Below are positions 9,006 through 17,820 of a stretch of DNA of 32,000 nt, piece after piece. The DNA is taken from the NCBI GenBank assembly GCA_048939465.1, contig JBHLPL010000006.1:1-32000 (forward strand), read 5' to 3'. Within the stretch, counting starts at the first letter, position 1; each line of letters starts with the position of its first letter. The notes under the pieces were generated by a model. That model was not told the origin of the DNA. It did not search any database and worked only from the letters and a program-made list of their open reading frames with translations. Position numbers and translations under genes: made by a program. The stretch is from Promethearchaeota archaeon. Its GTDB lineage: Archaea > Asgardarchaeota > Odinarchaeia > Odinarchaeales > JBHLKK01.

Positions 9006-10142
9006 GTGGACGAGATGGAAATCACTTCATTCAAGATAAGGTATCCAAAGTTGGAGGATGACTGTACTCTTGTCAAAGGTGTCGTCAGGAGTCTAGAAGA
9101 GATGAGAGAAGATGAAATAACTTTTGTCGAACCATGTGCTGCAGAGGTAGGAAGGCTCATGGCCAAAATAACCCTTTCTGATGAGAAAGCTCAGAAACAG
9201 GGACTCTTTTTCGACAAGAGTATGTTGTGCGAGCTCTTTGAAGCATTTAAGGAGAGATTCTCCGAATTTGAATGCAGTAAGCTATTAGGCATAGTCAGGA
9301 TAAAATGGAGAGGAAAGAACATATCACTCTTTGCTAGTGGCAGAATAAAAATCTCAACAGCCTTGAGTGAGGAGGACATCATGCGAATGCTTCACGATAT
9401 CACTCGCTTGTCGTGGGGGGCAATGATCTGCAGCGTTTGCGGCAGTCCGGCGATATATTGTGCTTCCGGAGCCTGCAATAAGTGTATTATTCACCAAGGA
9501 GATGAAACAAAAGAGGCCTTTGTCAGCGGCAAGCTACCAGGTCTGATTCTGACAAATGCCCTAAACCAAATGGACCAAGCTATAAAAGAGCTGGAAGTCA
9601 ATTATGAGAGACTCTTAAATAGGTTGATTAAGCAAGAGAAGAGTGACATATCACTTAGAGCTGCCTTGAAAAAGACATTGAAGACAGCCCAACTGAGCTT
9701 AGAATATATTCTTAGAGTAAGCAGCCCCGAAGATGCCCTAGCAGGATTCATGGTGTTGGGTTCTTCATGGAACCTCAGAACGGTGCTTGAAGCCGTGAAA
9801 TGTATCTATGAGGAGATGGAAGCAGTCTGTGTCTTCTTTCAGGAAGTTGATAGAACTCTTAGAGATTCTCTGTATAGTCTGTTAACGGGAGTGAATACAG
9901 TTCTTTCAATACTCTCTACCGGCTTCATGATCTTTGATAGAGAAGCCAGAGATTCTCTCGAAAGAAGAATCGGACTTCTCAAGAAAAGATTTCAAGACTT
10001 CAATAGAGGCAGTTTAGAGACACCAAAAAGACAAAAGGTTTTAGATACCTTGATCCATCTTATTGACTCGTTCTTAGCATTTGCACATCACCTATCCAAG
10101 ATTCTCGGGGTGGAGTCTTTTGACAAAGGTGGAAGAGATTAG
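9006..10142 (+). CDS. Hypothetical protein with a five-Cys cluster and a helical C-terminal half
   Basis: 378 aa; CSVCGSPAIYCASGACNKC; its 3' end overlaps the sufS start. Confidence 0.8.
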   Translation: MDEMEITSFKIRYPKLEDDCTLVKGVVRSLEEMREDEITFVEPCAAEVGRLMAKITLSDEKAQKQGLFFDKSMLCELFEAFKERFSEFECSKLLGIVRIKWRGKNISLFASGRIKISTALSEEDIMRMLHDITRLSWGAMICSVCGSPAIYCASGACNKCIIHQGDETKEAFVSGKLPGLILTNALNQMDQAIKELEVNYERLLNRLIKQEKSDISLRAALKKTLKTAQLSLEYILRVSSPEDALAGFMVLGSSWNLRTVLEAVKCIYEEMEAVCVFFQEVDRTLRDSLYSLLTGVNTVLSILSTGFMIFDREARDSLERRIGLLKKRFQDFNRGSLETPKRQKVLDTLIHLIDSFLAFAHHLSKILGVESFDKGGRD

Positions 10143-11343
10143 AGCAGACTTTCCCATTTTGAGAAAGCGAAGGAAAAGAGATGATAAACCGTGCATATAT
10201 CTTGATAATACTGCGACAAGCCTGAAGCCCAGGCAGGTGATAGAAGCAATTGTGGATTACTACGAAAATCACTGTGCGAATATCCATCGTGGGGTCTACA
10301 GACTCTCTCAAGAAGCCTCCAGACTTTACGAAGAAGCTCATGATACGGTTGCCAAATTCATAGGTGCAAGGAATAGGACTGAGATGAGTTTTGTTAAGAA
10401 TACAACAGAGGCAATAAACTACGTAGCGTATGGAATTGATTGGAAGCCTGACGACACGGTCATAGCCTCGGTCATGGAACATCACAGCAACATTGTTCCC
10501 TGGCATCTAATAAGAGAGAAATTCGGGATAAAGATAAAATACGTGCCTTTGAGAGACAACTGGTACCTTGATATTGACCAGTTGGAGGCATTAATTGATG
10601 ACAAAACCAGACTTGTCACAGTAACTCAAGTATCCAACGTCGTTGGCACCATCAATCCAATTGAAAGGATATGCAAAATTGCTCACGATCATGACGCTCT
10701 ATGTCTTATTGATGCTGCCCAAGCAGTCCCTCATATGCCGGTAGATGTCAAAAGGATCGGGTGCGATTTCTTGGCGTTCTCAGCCCATAAGATGCTTGGC
10801 CCCACCGGAATTGGGGGATTATACATTAAGGAAGGAATAGCGGAGCAGTTGTGTCCAACCTTAGGCGGAGGAGACATGATACGGAACGTCACACTGGAAA
10901 GCTGTGAATGGAACGTAATGCCTTGGAAATTCGAGGCAGGAACACCAAACATAGCAGGAGGAATTGGGCTCAAAGCTGCAGTAGATTACTTAAACAGCCT
11001 GGGTATGGAGTGGGTAAGGAATCACGAAAAGGAACTGACAGGATATATGCTGGAGCAGCTCGAAGGAATCCCGAAAGTCGAAATCTATGGGCCGCGAAAT
11101 GTAGAAGAGAGGGGGGGTGTATGTGCATTCAATGTTGAAGGGTTGGATGCTCATGATGTCGCCACTTTCTTAGATGAAATAGAGAACATAGCTGTCAGAT
11201 CAGGAGTTCATTGCGCACAACCTCTACATAATACGCTTGGCATTCCAAGAACTGTGAGAGCATCCGTATACGTATATAATACGAAAGAAGAGACCGAGAA
11301 ACTGTGCGATACCTTGAAAACAATATCTGAAGAACTAGCATAG
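10120..11343 (+). CDS. sufS: Cysteine desulfurase, group II (SufS/CsdA)
   Basis: IRADFPIL, YLDNTATS, NIHRG, SAHKMLGPTGIG, FEAGTP and RSGVHCAQP; GGGGTGGAG SD before TTG 10120. Confidence 0.95.
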   Translation: MTKVEEIRADFPILRKRRKRDDKPCIYLDNTATSLKPRQVIEAIVDYYENHCANIHRGVYRLSQEASRLYEEAHDTVAKFIGARNRTEMSFVKNTTEAINYVAYGIDWKPDDTVIASVMEHHSNIVPWHLIREKFGIKIKYVPLRDNWYLDIDQLEALIDDKTRLVTVTQVSNVVGTINPIERICKIAHDHDALCLIDAAQAVPHMPVDVKRIGCDFLAFSAHKMLGPTGIGGLYIKEGIAEQLCPTLGGGDMIRNVTLESCEWNVMPWKFEAGTPNIAGGIGLKAAVDYLNSLGMEWVRNHEKELTGYMLEQLEGIPKVEIYGPRNVEERGGVCAFNVEGLDAHDVATFLDEIENIAVRSGVHCAQPLHNTLGIPRTVRASVYVYNTKEETEKLCDTLKTISEELA

Positions 11344-11555
11344 TTTAGAGCATTGCATTTCCTTTTGAAATACTGGTTTCTAAAAAGAAGCGCTACTATG
11401 TGCCTGCGGATCCTAAATAAGCTCGAACATTCAGTTAGATAATTTTCGGGGGGCAGTTCTAGAAAAACTGAGTAATTATCAATCAGAAATGCTCCTTCTT
11501 CAGTTTTACAGACTAGCTGTGAGTTAATCTTTATAATGAATCTTGTGCTCTAGTC

Positions 11556-11579
11556 TCAGTTGAATCAGAAACCAACTGA
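11556..11579. promoter_or_regulatory. Possible operator inverted repeat downstream of the moeB TATA box
   Basis: TCAGTTG-N10-CAACTGA lies about 20 nt after CTTTATAA (11529-11536). A related AAAACTGA-N28-TCAGTTTT is at 11464-11507. Confidence 0.3.
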
Positions 11580-11596
11580 AATAAGGCCGGATCTGC

Positions 11597-12328
11597 ATGT
11601 TATCAAAGGATGAATTAGCGAGATATGATAGACAAATTAGATTGCACAAGTTTGGTGTGGAGGGACAGACGAAACTTAAGAGGACAAAGGCTTTTGTTGC
11701 CGGCATCGGCGGTCTTGGATCTCCTGTGCTGTCATACCTGACATTAGCCGGGATTGGTAGCATATACTTGGCGGATGGCGATGTCGTGGAATTGAGTAAC
11801 TTGAATAGGCAAATCCTACACTGGACAAGGGACATAGGTAATAAGAAAGCTAGGTCGGCAAGAGACAAGCTTCTAGAAATGAATCCGAATGTCGAAACTA
11901 GAAGTCTCGCAGAAGTTATAACGGAGGATAACGTATCAGCGCTGGTCGGAGACAGTGATTTGATAGTTGATTGCATGGATAATTTCGAGACGAGATATTT
12001 GCTGAATCGAGTCGCATTGGAGAGGGAAATACCTCTTTTTCATGGAGCCGTCTACGGCTTCGAGGGACAAGCTACAACAATTATTCCCGGAAAAACACCA
12101 TGCCTGAGATGTATCTTTCCTGAAGCCCCGCCTAAAGAGGTTTTTCCAGTAGTCGGGGTCACGCCTGGTGTTATCGGTTGTATCCAGGCAATGGAAACAA
12201 TAAAATATGTTGTAGGAATTGGAAACTTGATAATGAATAGGCTCTTAGTATTCGATGGAATAGATATGGAATTTATGAATATTGAGGTTAAGAGAAATCC
12301 GAATTGCTCAGAGTGCGGAGATAGATAA
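11597..12328 (+). CDS. moeB: E1-like adenylyltransferase (MoeB/ThiF/HesA family)
   Basis: RYDRQI, GIGGLG, DGDVVELSNLNRQ, DCMDNF, zinc motifs CLRC and CSEC. Confidence 0.93.
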   Translation: MLSKDELARYDRQIRLHKFGVEGQTKLKRTKAFVAGIGGLGSPVLSYLTLAGIGSIYLADGDVVELSNLNRQILHWTRDIGNKKARSARDKLLEMNPNVETRSLAEVITEDNVSALVGDSDLIVDCMDNFETRYLLNRVALEREIPLFHGAVYGFEGQATTIIPGKTPCLRCIFPEAPPKEVFPVVGVTPGVIGCIQAMETIKYVVGIGNLIMNRLLVFDGIDMEFMNIEVKRNPNCSECGDR

Positions 12329-12355
12329 TTCGTCGAGCGTCGAGATTCAGTGGAA

Positions 12356-13840
12356 TCATATTAGAACCAATGTTTTCGAGAATAACTTCTTGAGTTCAGA
12401 TGATGGTTCGCTGCTTCTTCTAAGTATATTCAGAGTGATTTTAAGAATTGCAAAGGCAGCCAAGTCCGTGATTCTGTCTCCGCTTTCCGCGGCGTCCTTG
12501 GCTGTGCTTCTTATGATTTCAAAGAACTGCGTGTTCAGATCTCTTTTCTTCTCTTCAATCTCCGTGTTGAGTGTCCCCAAAATTGCACCTATGTTCAAGC
12601 TCATTGAGTTCAGATTCTGCGGCAAATCCGTCGATACGATTTCACATCCCTCAAGACTTAGCACACGAATACCTGTTCGCCTTATTAGTATTCTTTTGAT
12701 TGAAGGGTTATCCCTGATCTTAGTCAGTGTTCTTATGAGATGTTCAATCCCCTTGACTAGCGTTTCTTGTCTTGTCTTTAAAAGATTCCTTGCAGATCTT
12801 ATGAAAGGGAGAAATATCTCTGTATGCATGTATCGCTGATTCTTCGGGTCGCCTATCCAGACTTCTTCCTCATCAATTGCATTTTTGGCAGCACTGTATG
12901 TACTGTCTTCCACATCCTGAATACCGGAGAAAATACTGCCTAACACATCCTTATAACTCTCACTCGTAAGAGTGTTTCTGAAAGCTTTGCTTCCCTCTAG
13001 TCCTCTTGCCAGAGCAGTATCGAACTCACATATTCTTTTGAGATTCTCAAATAGCTTCGCCATAGATGAGAGCCCTTCAGAGACTCCTTGTATGATGATG
13101 TTTGAAGGAAGGCGCAGCGTTGGATCTACTTCTTCTTTTCCGTATCTTAGGAAATCGTTATAAAGATGCATCACTTTCTCGTTTTCCTTTCTAGTACTTT
13201 GCATGACAGCCAGTGTCTTATCCATTTCCGCCTGTAATCCTTTTATGGCTTCCTTGTTCCTCTCAATGTTCTCCTTGAGGTCGAGTTTGTCTTGAGTCAA
13301 TATTCTGATCTTGTGATTCAGTGCGTTGATTTGATTCGTCTGATCGACTGTTTTGTATGATAACTCAGCGTTTTCTTCCTTCAGCGCTTTTGTGTCTTCT
13401 TCAAGGAGGGTAATACGATTCTGTTTCTCGCTCAACTGATTCCGCATAGCGGAAATTTCATCTTGCGTCTTGACCAGCTGAGTCACCGTTTCGTCAAGGG
13501 GGTGAAAAATCACATTAACACGATTCTTTAATTCATCGATTTTACCTTGGATCGTAACCTGTTTTTCTTGGATGCTCTCTCCTTTAATATCCTTCTCAAT
13601 AGTCCGTATTACGGAAGAGACAGTATCACCTTCTCCCTTTGGCAATTGACCGGTTAGCAAAAGCTGATTTAGCTGTCTCTTTAGCATATCAATACTATCA
13701 TTAACCTTGGCAATGCTTTCTTTTTGCCCCAGCATATCCAAATCGATTCTTTTTGTCTCTTTGACGATTTCGGATAGTTGAACAATTAGTTTCTTCAGAT
13801 TGTCGTACGCATTTCTAAGTGATTGGGGCATTTCTTGCAT
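12356..13840 (-). CDS. Uncharacterised long coiled-coil protein, third gene of the tubulin operon
   Basis: 494 aa with near-continuous heptads at about aa 115-230. GGTGA SD before ATG; begins 29 nt after the tubulin stop. Confidence 0.85.
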   Translation of the reverse strand: MQEMPQSLRNAYDNLKKLIVQLSEIVKETKRIDLDMLGQKESIAKVNDSIDMLKRQLNQLLLTGQLPKGEGDTVSSVIRTIEKDIKGESIQEKQVTIQGKIDELKNRVNVIFHPLDETVTQLVKTQDEISAMRNQLSEKQNRITLLEEDTKALKEENAELSYKTVDQTNQINALNHKIRILTQDKLDLKENIERNKEAIKGLQAEMDKTLAVMQSTRKENEKVMHLYNDFLRYGKEEVDPTLRLPSNIIIQGVSEGLSSMAKLFENLKRICEFDTALARGLEGSKAFRNTLTSESYKDVLGSIFSGIQDVEDSTYSAAKNAIDEEEVWIGDPKNQRYMHTEIFLPFIRSARNLLKTRQETLVKGIEHLIRTLTKIRDNPSIKRILIRRTGIRVLSLEGCEIVSTDLPQNLNSMSLNIGAILGTLNTEIEEKKRDLNTQFFEIIRSTAKDAAESGDRITDLAAFAILKITLNILRRSSEPSSELKKLFSKTLVLI

Positions 13841-13869
13841 GGTATCACCATCAAAGAGCGAGGCATAAC

Positions 13870-15144
13870 TTACCCACTTTTTAGATTGTCGTAGGTCTCA
13901 ATTATGTGTTGAAAAGTATCCCTTGCCTCTCTCAACTGATCTCTTGACACTCCTTCTTCCTCGTAGTGGCTTATATACCAGTTTCTCTCAAAAAGCGAAT
14001 CGAAGTTCTCCAGAACATGTTTGAATGCATCGGTTATTGCTACGTTGTTTGCAAGTAGCGTAATCTCTTTTTCGAAACCGGTGGGACTGCTCTCGCAGAT
14101 GCCATATTTTAGGCCTAAGTCTGGATGAACTCCAGGAACATAGTCCACAGTAGCTCTTATCTCATTCATAATATTGTAGATATTGTCTATTGATATTTCG
14201 CCCCGAAACATTATAACGGAAGATATTGCTGAGCCTTTATCATTACAGCTAACCATGAAATGGCTTGGGTCAAAACAACGTTCTATAAGATCTAATTCTG
14301 TAGCATCTTTCCCTTCTTCCTTGGTCAGGGGAGCCACCGCAGGAATGATGAACTTTGTCTCGGGAAGCGCAACCAAATTATGAGCCATCTCCATAAGATC
14401 CATATTCAGCTGTCCTGGGAATCTGAGAGACGCAGTTATGGATGCCATGACTCTGCCTATCAGAAAGTTAAGGTCAGAGAATTGCTTTATGAAGGGTTGA
14501 TTAAATATATCCTTCACTATTCGCATCAAAGCACTGTTATCGAACATGACGCATATGTCTGCATGTTTCATTAGATGGGTTATACTCAAAACCGTGTTGT
14601 AAGGAGCTATTGTGATGTCGTTCATACGAGCGGGCAAGACACTGAACGTCATAACACCTTTTTCCGGAAACTCCTTCTTCAGCGTTTCAGCAATTAAGGA
14701 ACCAAACCCACTTCCAGTACCTCCGCCAAGCGTATGGATTATTATAAAACCCTGTAATGTGTCTGGGACTGTGGTTTTGATTTTCTCTAGGAGGTTTGGG
14801 ATTAATCGCTTCCCAAGCTTATATCCCGTGGCCCAGACGTTATGAGCCCCCGAATAACTGAGTAACATAAGCTCTTCTGAAAAGAATTTATCAAGACCTT
14901 TTTCGCGTACCAGAAACTCAACGGCCAGTGGCTCGAGGTCAATGAACAAAGATCTTGGATGGAACCCATCCGGTGATTCGACGAGGAAGACAGATTTGTA
15001 GTCAACAATATCGGAATCCTCTTCCTTCTTCTGCAGAGTCTTCATGTCAATTCCATGTTCCGAGCATATAGTATTCCAGAAATTATAACCTATTTGATTT
15101 CCGCCCTGCCCAACATGTAGGACAAGTATCTCTCTACCAGGCAT
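13870..15144 (-). CDS. Eukaryote-type tubulin (OdinTubulin-like archaeal tubulin)
   Basis: REILVLHVGQGGNQIG..FW..I..EHGID, PRSLFIDLEP, GAHNVWATGY, LQGFIIIHTLGGGTGSG, APYNTVLS, DNSAL, LRFPGQLNMDL, and tubulin-specific C-terminal helices H11/H12. ATG 15144 is preferred over 15150 on SD spacing. Confidence 0.97.
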   Translation of the reverse strand: MPGREILVLHVGQGGNQIGYNFWNTICSEHGIDMKTLQKKEEDSDIVDYKSVFLVESPDGFHPRSLFIDLEPLAVEFLVREKGLDKFFSEELMLLSYSGAHNVWATGYKLGKRLIPNLLEKIKTTVPDTLQGFIIIHTLGGGTGSGFGSLIAETLKKEFPEKGVMTFSVLPARMNDITIAPYNTVLSITHLMKHADICVMFDNSALMRIVKDIFNQPFIKQFSDLNFLIGRVMASITASLRFPGQLNMDLMEMAHNLVALPETKFIIPAVAPLTKEEGKDATELDLIERCFDPSHFMVSCNDKGSAISSVIMFRGEISIDNIYNIMNEIRATVDYVPGVHPDLGLKYGICESSPTGFEKEITLLANNVAITDAFKHVLENFDSLFERNWYISHYEEEGVSRDQLREARDTFQHIIETYDNLKSG

Positions 15145-15161
15145 CAGCATCGCCTCTCATT

Positions 15162-16802
15162 CTATTCCAAACTAGATTTCTTTCTTGTTGAGTAAATTCT
15201 GTGTAGTTTTTTTGTAATGGTCTTACATGACGCATCATTTGATACGTATTTTGCAAAATACTCGTAAATATCATCGTAAGTGACATTGCCCATAAGCTTT
15301 TCTTTCAGCATCTCCACGCTCACAACAACGGAAAGTTCATCTGTATCAATGACGGTAACCGACGGATTGTAGGCGACGTAGATTCTCAGAACAGGATCTG
15401 AAACCGCGTTGACTTCTCCTCTTTTTATCCATCCACGCTCACCAAAACCTTTCAGCGCATTATTCACAAGGTCAATATCCTCTTCGTAAAGTGTTATTGG
15501 AAGAACGCCATGCGTTATGAAGTCCTCGCCGGTATATTTCTGTGGAATGCAGTCCACAAACATCGATATGCCTCTTATAGTTTCCTTGTTTATCCTTGAA
15601 GATCTCATTCGTATGCAGCTCTTGAGGGGTTCGTATGCCTCGATTAGGAAGCTTCCGAGCAACATGAGTTTTCGTTTAAGCTCATCCCAATCATAAGCGT
15701 TTCCATCTCCCTGAATCCATCTGTCCAGTATTATGTCAAAGTAGCTCATCAGCAATGGAGAAGGGTTCTTTAGGTTTGAGAGCAGATCTTTGATATTCTT
15801 TATGCTCGTAGAGATCGGATCTGCGATCTCTTCTAACTTCTTAGCAAAATCTTTCTCTCTTTCAGCATATTCAGAATGATCTGTCTTAAAGCTGGATATG
15901 AGCAGGTTCATTAGCTTGACTGCTCCGTCGATATCATGATTCTTAAGAATCACCCTGGGACTGATTCCTGCAGAAACGAGCATTTGCACACCTCTAACCA
16001 GTGCGATTTCTGCGTCTTTCATGTTTTCAAGGATTGGGACAGCTTTCTGCAAATACTCGTCATCAACTTCTTCCATTTGAACCTCAATCATGAACTTCTC
16101 AAGGAAGCTTTTCAGATTTCTGTTGAAGAATTTCTGCTCACTGTCAGTTATTCCTCGGACTTTCTCCGACATTTTCCTTAATTTGCTCATAACCTCAGAG
16201 CGAATCCTGATTCTTCTTTCCAAATCCCTTCTGAATTCCTTATGTTCAGAGAATTTCTTCTCAGCATTCCCTATGATTTCCAGAATCAGATCGTATTTCT
16301 CATCAACTGACTCTATGTTGCTCTTGCCTTCGGCGACCGCTGTCTTGAGCGGTCCAAGAGATGCGTTTATGCGAGATATCGCTTTTATGGCTTCGTCCAT
16401 TCCTCCCCACGATAGGTCCATGCTCTTCATCATAGCTTCCAGACTATCAAATGCGATCAAAATCTCCTCACAGCCTTTTTCCAGATCCTTCGCTCTGCTT
16501 AATACTGAATCTAGCAGCAAACCATCTCCTCGGTTTAATGTATTTTCCAGCGTTTTCAAATATGCCTCCAATTTCTTCAGCTTCTTTTTTGCGCCACCAA
16601 AAATGCCTCTTATTCCTTTCCGGACTTCTTTTACCTGCTTGGCTTCTGTTTTTAGCCCTTCTGCCCGTGACCGGAGTTCATTCAAATCTTGGGTTATTTG
16701 TCCGGGCACAAGACCTAAGGAGTCGGCCACCTTTTCCCTAAGCCATAGCCTTCGCATAAACTGGTCAATTCTTTCATTCAAAGCTTTCTGAGCTTTTTGC
16801 AA
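15162..16802 (-). CDS. Uncharacterised helical/coiled-coil protein with an alpha/beta C-terminal domain, first gene of the tubulin operon
   Basis: 546 aa, amphipathic helices over about 400 aa. GGGGT SD before TTG; its stop is 11-17 nt before the tubulin start. Confidence 0.85.
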   Translation of the reverse strand: MQKAQKALNERIDQFMRRLWLREKVADSLGLVPGQITQDLNELRSRAEGLKTEAKQVKEVRKGIRGIFGGAKKKLKKLEAYLKTLENTLNRGDGLLLDSVLSRAKDLEKGCEEILIAFDSLEAMMKSMDLSWGGMDEAIKAISRINASLGPLKTAVAEGKSNIESVDEKYDLILEIIGNAEKKFSEHKEFRRDLERRIRIRSEVMSKLRKMSEKVRGITDSEQKFFNRNLKSFLEKFMIEVQMEEVDDEYLQKAVPILENMKDAEIALVRGVQMLVSAGISPRVILKNHDIDGAVKLMNLLISSFKTDHSEYAEREKDFAKKLEEIADPISTSIKNIKDLLSNLKNPSPLLMSYFDIILDRWIQGDGNAYDWDELKRKLMLLGSFLIEAYEPLKSCIRMRSSRINKETIRGISMFVDCIPQKYTGEDFITHGVLPITLYEEDIDLVNNALKGFGERGWIKRGEVNAVSDPVLRIYVAYNPSVTVIDTDELSVVVSVEMLKEKLMGNVTYDDIYEYFAKYVSNDASCKTITKKLHRIYSTRKKSSLE

Positions 16803-16902
16803 ATGCCTTCTACCCCTTATTAAGAATGCGAGCTATCAAGCAAATCTTTGTAAGTATTAAGACAAAAACCTTTCGTAATTATTACTAACCAAAGAGTTTC
16901 CC

Positions 16903-17736
16903 TCACAAGTCAGAATTCTCGAGAAGTTTCAGACCCTTCACGTGTATTTTAATAACTGCAAAAGGAGATTTTATTGCGGATATGATATTAAATCCACAAG
17001 AGTGACTTAGCAATCTTTCTGCCGTTTTCAGTCCCTTTTTTGAGTAGGCCCTAATAATCTTCTGAAATGGAGGACTTCGTCTATTAACGTAGTAGTAGGT
17101 GTTTAGTAAGCTCCATTTGGCAGCTTCCCGTATGAATCTTCCCGCTTTTCTATCAAGGAGAAATGCCAGAAAACCGGAGAGGCTAAGAAGAACGCACATT
17201 AACAGACTTTTAAGCCACTGCTTGATATCAATATCGTGCCTTCTAATACTACTTGAAATGTCATCTCCGAATACCGTTACAACATGACTCAAAACAGAGT
17301 TAAACACCAGTTTTGACGGGGCAAGAATCTTCCCGAAAGTCCGACTTATTGAAAAAACTCTTTTGAAATCTCCTCTTAAAATGTCACCCTTTCTACAAAT
17401 AAAATGTGAGGCGAACATGCCTGTGGCTCTCTCAATAGCTCTAAACAGGCGTTCTATTCTTGTCTTTGCAGGTCTGGAGAATCCCAGAGTTGTCTCAAGA
17501 CCTTCAGCTATTCTATCAACTTTGTCAATTCTCCTCTGGCTAACAGGATCATCCAAGACTATTATCAAATCAAGGTCACTCTTTTCCGGGTCTGCGTATC
17601 CTTTCGCGTAAGACCCGAACAGCAGAATTGAGATTATTCTGTCAGCTGCTGCCTTTTTGACCATCCTGATCAGAGTATCCAAATAAGTTCTGGCCTTTTC
17701 AGGCAGTAAGATTGATCCCGGTTGTGCTTTTTTCAT
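16903..17736 (-). CDS. Pol-beta-superfamily nucleotidyltransferase with a C-terminal helical domain
   Basis: ILLFGSYAKG...SDLDLIIV (GS...DxD motif). Confidence 0.85.
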   Translation of the reverse strand: MKKAQPGSILLPEKARTYLDTLIRMVKKAAADRIISILLFGSYAKGYADPEKSDLDLIIVLDDPVSQRRIDKVDRIAEGLETTLGFSRPAKTRIERLFRAIERATGMFASHFICRKGDILRGDFKRVFSISRTFGKILAPSKLVFNSVLSHVVTVFGDDISSSIRRHDIDIKQWLKSLLMCVLLSLSGFLAFLLDRKAGRFIREAAKWSLLNTYYYVNRRSPPFQKIIRAYSKKGLKTAERLLSHSCGFNIISAIKSPFAVIKIHVKGLKLLENSDL

Positions 17737-17820
17737 CTAAATCACTTGTGATTGCTGAGAGTCTCTGGGTTGAAGGTTCAGCCAATTTTACCCCGTAGGA
17801 GGGGGTGATGCTACGCGTGT

